A stretch of 64,000 bases of DNA from an uncultured Gemmatimonadales bacterium. Its GTDB lineage: Bacteria; Gemmatimonadota; Gemmatimonadetes; Gemmatimonadales; GWC2-71-9. Shown here piece after piece: positions 61,763 to 64,000 of this stretch. The DNA lies in assembly GCA_963821525.1 (NCBI GenBank), contig CAWGED010000005.1, positions 1,056,001 to 1,120,000 of the forward strand, in the 5' to 3' direction. Numbering within the stretch: position 1 is the stretch's first letter; each line of letters opens with the position of its first letter. Below the pieces are notes generated by a model. The model made no database searches. It had not been told where the DNA came from and saw only the letters and a list, made by a program, of their open reading frames with translations. Made by a program: the position numbers and the translations under genes.

Positions 61763-62845
61763 TTGACCTGAGTCTGCTGCCCGACGGTGGCATGCCCTGG
61801 CTCGATGCGAGCGGAAACGCGAGCCATCTCGTGCTCTCGACCCGGATTCGGCTGGCCCGCAACCTCGCCGACCGTCCTTTCAGCCTCCGGTCGTCTCCCA
61901 ATGAACGCGAGGCGATTTTCGCCGAGGTGACGGAAGTTGCGAAGGAAACCGTCTCCTTGCGGCGGGCGCACGGCTTCCGGCTCGACCGCCTGGAGCCGAT
62001 GGACCGGCATCTGCTGCACGAGCGGCACCTGGTGAGCAGGGAATTGGCCGGTCTGGACCCGAGCGGGGCGGTGCGGTCGGGCGCGGCACTGTTGGTGCAG
62101 GACCGGGTCAGCGTGATGTTGAACGAAGAGGACCATCTCCGGCTGCAAAGCCTGCATTCCGGGCTCGCGCTGGAGGCGGCGTACCAGGAGGCGGACCGGC
62201 TGGACGGTGAACTGGGGCAACGACTTCCCTTCGCATTTCATCCGGAGTTTGGGTATCTTACCACCTGCCCGACCAATGTCGGCACGGGGCTCCGGGCCTC
62301 AGTGCTTATCCACTTGCCGGGCTTGGTGTTAACAAAGGAAATCTCGAAGGTTCTGCAGGGGCTTTCCTCGGTGGGGCTGACCCACCGCGGGCTGTACGGC
62401 GAAGGCAGCGAAGTGGTCGGAAATTTCTTCCAGCTGTCCAACCAGATGACGCTGGGAAAATCCGAGCGCGGAGCTGCTGGATCATCTGGGCAAGATGGTT
62501 CGCCAGGTGATCGAGTACGAAGAGCAGGCTCGTCAGGTCCTGATGCGGGAAGTCGCAACGATCATCGAGGACAAGGTGTGGCGAGCCTACGGATTGCTTC
62601 GCTACGCCCGCACGCTGTCCTTCGATGAGGCGATGAATCTCTTGAGCGGCGTCCGGCTGGGTGTGGGGCTTGGCCTGATTCGGACGGTCGTCTCTACACA
62701 CTCAACAAGCTGCTGGTGTACACGCAGCCTGCCCACCTTGCGGTCGCCGAAGGATTGCAGATGGACGATCCCGAGCTCGGCGCCCGCCGCGCCCGAGTAC
62801 GTCCGAACGCCTGTTGGAAGACGAAGCGACGGTCGTCGAGGGTGA
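61759..62845 (+). CDS. mcsB: protein arginine kinase McsB; indels
   Basis: STRIRLARN, NEEDHLR, GYLTTCPTNVGTGLRAS, RGLYGEGS, QLSNQ.TLG. Confidence 0.93.
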
Positions 62846-62848
62846 CGC

Positions 62849-64000
62849 ATGAACGGCTACAACTTCACTGACCGCGTCCGCAAAGTGCTGCAGATGGCCC
62901 GCGAGGAGGCGGCCCGCCTGCACCACGAATACGTCGGCACCGAACACATCCTCCTCGGGCTCATCCGCGAGGGCGAAGGGGTCGCCGCCGCGGTGCTCAC
63001 CAACCTGAACGTCGATCTCGAAGAGATCCAGCAGAAGATCGAGGAGACGGTAAAGAAGGGGAAAGCCGCGGCCGCGGCGGGCCCCGACCTGCCGTACACC
63101 TCGCGCGCCAAGAAGGTGCTCGAGCTCGCGATGACCGAAGCCCGCGAGCTCAACCACAGCTACGTCGGGCACCGAGCACCTGCTGCTCGGCCTCTTGCGC
63201 GAGGAGAAGGGCATCGCCGCGCAGGTGCTGACCGACGCCGGGCGTCAACCTGGAGCAGTCGCGGGCGGAGACGCTGCGGCTGCTGGGCAGCGACATGCCG
63301 CAGTCGCAGCTCCAGCTCGAGCGGCGGCGCCAGCCCCCCCGGCCGCGGCCCCCAAGTCCGAGAAGAAATCCAAGACTCCCGCGCTCGACCACTTCTGCCG
63401 CGATCTGACCCAGCTCGCCGCCGAAGGCCAGCTCGATCCGACCATCGGGCGGGCCAAGGAGATCGAGCGGGTCATGGAGATCCTGGCCCGCCGCAAGAAG
63501 AACAACCCGGTGCTGATCGGCGAGCCCGGCGTCGGGCAAGACCGCCATCGTCGAGGGTCTGGCGCTGCTGATCGCCAACGGCTGTGCCCCGACGTGCTGC
63601 GAGGATCACCGGGTCCTCTCGCTCGACATGGCGGCGGTCATCGCGGGCACCAAGTACCGCGGCCAGTTCGAGGAGCGGCTCAAGGCGGTCATGAACGAGA
63701 TCGCCCAGAACAAGCAGATCATCCTGTTCATCGACGAGCTGCACACGCTGGTCGGGCGCCGGCGCCGCGGAAGGCGCCATCGACGCCTCCAACATGCTCA
63801 AGCCCGCGCTGGCGCGCGGCGAGCTGCAGTGCGTCGGCGCCTCGACCCTGAACGAGTACCGCAAGTACATCGAGAAGGACGGCGCGCTCGAGCGGCGCTT
63901 CCAGACCGTCATGGTCGAGCCGCCGACGGTCGAGGAGACGATCGAGATCCTCAAGGGTCTGCGCAAGAAGTACGAGGACCACCACCGGGTCATGATCCCC
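62849..64000 (+). CDS. clpC: ATP-dependent Clp protease ATPase ClpC (3' truncated; many indels)
   Basis: [43 protein letters not shown]. Confidence 0.95.

Overview
High-GC bacterial chromosome segment, most likely Gemmatimonadota, judged from the 16S sequence and gene content by recognition, not by a database search. It is mostly housekeeping: fhs, ridA, selC, ltaE, murI, an outer-membrane biogenesis cluster, rph-rdgB, tRNA-Pro and tRNA-Arg, a serine biosynthesis trio, hutU/hutI/ftcD, a complete 16S-23S-5S operon with tandem promoters, era, prfB (programmed frameshift), lysS, lolCE/lolD and mcsA-mcsB-clpC. Many genes, including essential ones, are broken by single-base indels, which I read as long-read consensus errors, so CDS coordinates are merged across them. 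No integrase, transposase or CRISPR array was seen. The most unusual signal is a set of about eight degenerate 6-9-nt micro-tandem arrays at gene junctions. Where both arms are present, a G/A-rich arm precedes a C/T-rich arm, usually its reverse complement. Some arrays supply stop codons or start codons, and one builds most of a signal peptide. Other notable items are an in-frame Clp N-domain/Ca2+:H+ antiporter fusion, a pair of short- and long-stalk SBBP lipoprotein paralogues, and a TMTC-like GT-C next to a GT2.
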